DNA of 63,954 nucleotides, filler included, from Octopus bimaculoides (lineage: Eukaryota): the NCBI RefSeq assembly GCF_001194135.2. It is 6 parts of 4 records of this genome, joined end to end, with 100 filler letters (N's around TTAATTAATTAA, not from the genome) between each part and the next. Parts side by side here need not be neighbours in the genome. Positions count along the whole stretch, not along the records: positions 62,900 to 63,954 come from NC_068987.1; 5 more parts are not named here. The stretch is one strand, 5' to 3'. The notes under the pieces were generated by a model, which saw only the letters and a program-made list of their open reading frames with translations, ran no database searches and was not told where the DNA came from. Each line of letters starts with the position of its first letter. Positions within the stretch are counted from its first letter, which is position 1. Both the position numbers and the translations under genes were made by a program. Positions 62,900 to 63,954 of this stretch are shown one piece after another.

Positions 62900-63954
62900 T
62901 ACACGAATCACATCGTCGACTGGCTATCTCTATAGCAGCATCGATACCAGGCCAATAAACAACAGTTCTTGCTAGTTGTTTCATGCGTTCCATGCCAAAG
63001 TGTCCAAGATGCAGAAGATTGAGGATCTTTGGCTGCAAGCTATGTGGAATTACAACTCTAGATCCATGTATAAGGCATCCATGGCAGATACTAAGTGAGT
63101 TTGATAACTTACGGAACTTGTTGACTTCGTCATTGATCTCCATGTTCTTTGGTGGCCAGCCTTCACGGACGTAGCGCATCACTGTAGATATCACTGGATC
63201 TTTCCCTGACTCTTGACGGAGGACGTTAGTGTCCACAGGTTGGACTTGAATGCTGAGAGCTTTGATGGCACACACCATGTCTATGTCTTCACCATTTTCC
63301 TTTCTGTCAAAGTCGCTGTCATCACCGAATAGCAAGCGACTGAGGGCATCAGCATTGCCATGATCTGCTGATTTCCGATATTCAATGGTGTAGTCAAACT
63401 GGTTCAGCCTCGGACTGAACAGTGATGTCAGTGGCTTGTGGTCAGTCACGAGTACGAATTTACAACCGTACAAATACTGGTAAAATTTCTGCAAGCCAAA
63501 TATGATAGCCAGGGCTTCCTTTTGGATTTGGTTGTAGTTACGCTGTGCAGAAGTGAGAGTCTTGGACATATTGGATATTGGGCGCTCGCTTCCATCAGGA
63601 TAGCAGTGAAACAGGACTGATCCAATACAAACGTTTGATGCGTCGCAAGCCAGTCCCAAAGTTTTGTTTGGATCGAAGTGTATCAGAACTTGACTTGATG
63701 AAAGTACATTTTTCAAGTGATCAAAAGCTGACTGTTCCTCATCTCCCCACTTCCAAATAGTTGACTTTTTCGTAAGGCAATAGAGTGGCTCAGCCATACT
63801 GGCTAGGTTTGGGATAAACTTTCCATAAAACTGAACTGAACCTAGGAAAGATTTCAAGCTTAATTCGTTCGTTGGAGGCGGCATCTTTAAGACTGCTTCG
63901 ACCTTGGATCCCTTCGTGATCCCTTCAGCCGACAAAATGTGTCCAAGGTATTCT
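62900..63954 (-). mobile_element. Ty3/Gypsy LTR retrotransposon pol fragment (RT end, RNase H, integrase zinc-binding start)
   Basis: Open frame with SFLGSVQFYGKF, LACDASNVCIGSVL, ERPISNMSKTLTSAQRNYNQIQKEALAIIFG, VTDHKPL, NADALSRL, HLGHFG...VYWPGI...CDSC. Confidence 0.95.

Overview
Eukaryotic, AT-rich, repeat-saturated genomic DNA from a short-read assembly (about 9 kb, ~14%, is N). The tRNA-derived SINE families and microsatellite load point to an octopus/coleoid cephalopod genome (inference from recalled repeat sequences, not from a search). The window is not one contiguous locus: five identical 100-nt spacers (44 N + TTAATTAATTAA + 44 N, a six-frame stop linker) and one plain 100-N gap join separate pieces. 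The only host gene I can support is two spliced internal exons of MED14 (25298-25480 and 26128-26333, + strand), in a CpG-poor 5.4-kb piece bounded by two such joins. The rest is transposon debris: several SINE families, Tc1/mariner/pogo elements, head-to-tail R4/Dong-type LINE fragments separated by (AAT)n, a Ty3/Gypsy pol fragment, at least six Penelope-like (GIY-YIG) pieces, and several fold-back structures. The most interesting signal is RNA-level: hammerhead ribozyme motifs of at least five sequence families sit in Penelope-type terminal repeats. The best preserved is at 52225-52312 (-). Three units are bracketed by tail-out inverted hammerhead-bearing repeats, and one (48951-50375) has a 12-bp target-site duplication and contains unrelated LINE sequence. 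Hammerheads in Penelope-like elements are established biology; the variants and composite units here are my reading and need testing. No CRISPR array, rRNA or true tRNA gene was found, and most listed ORFs are microsatellite or N-gap artefacts.
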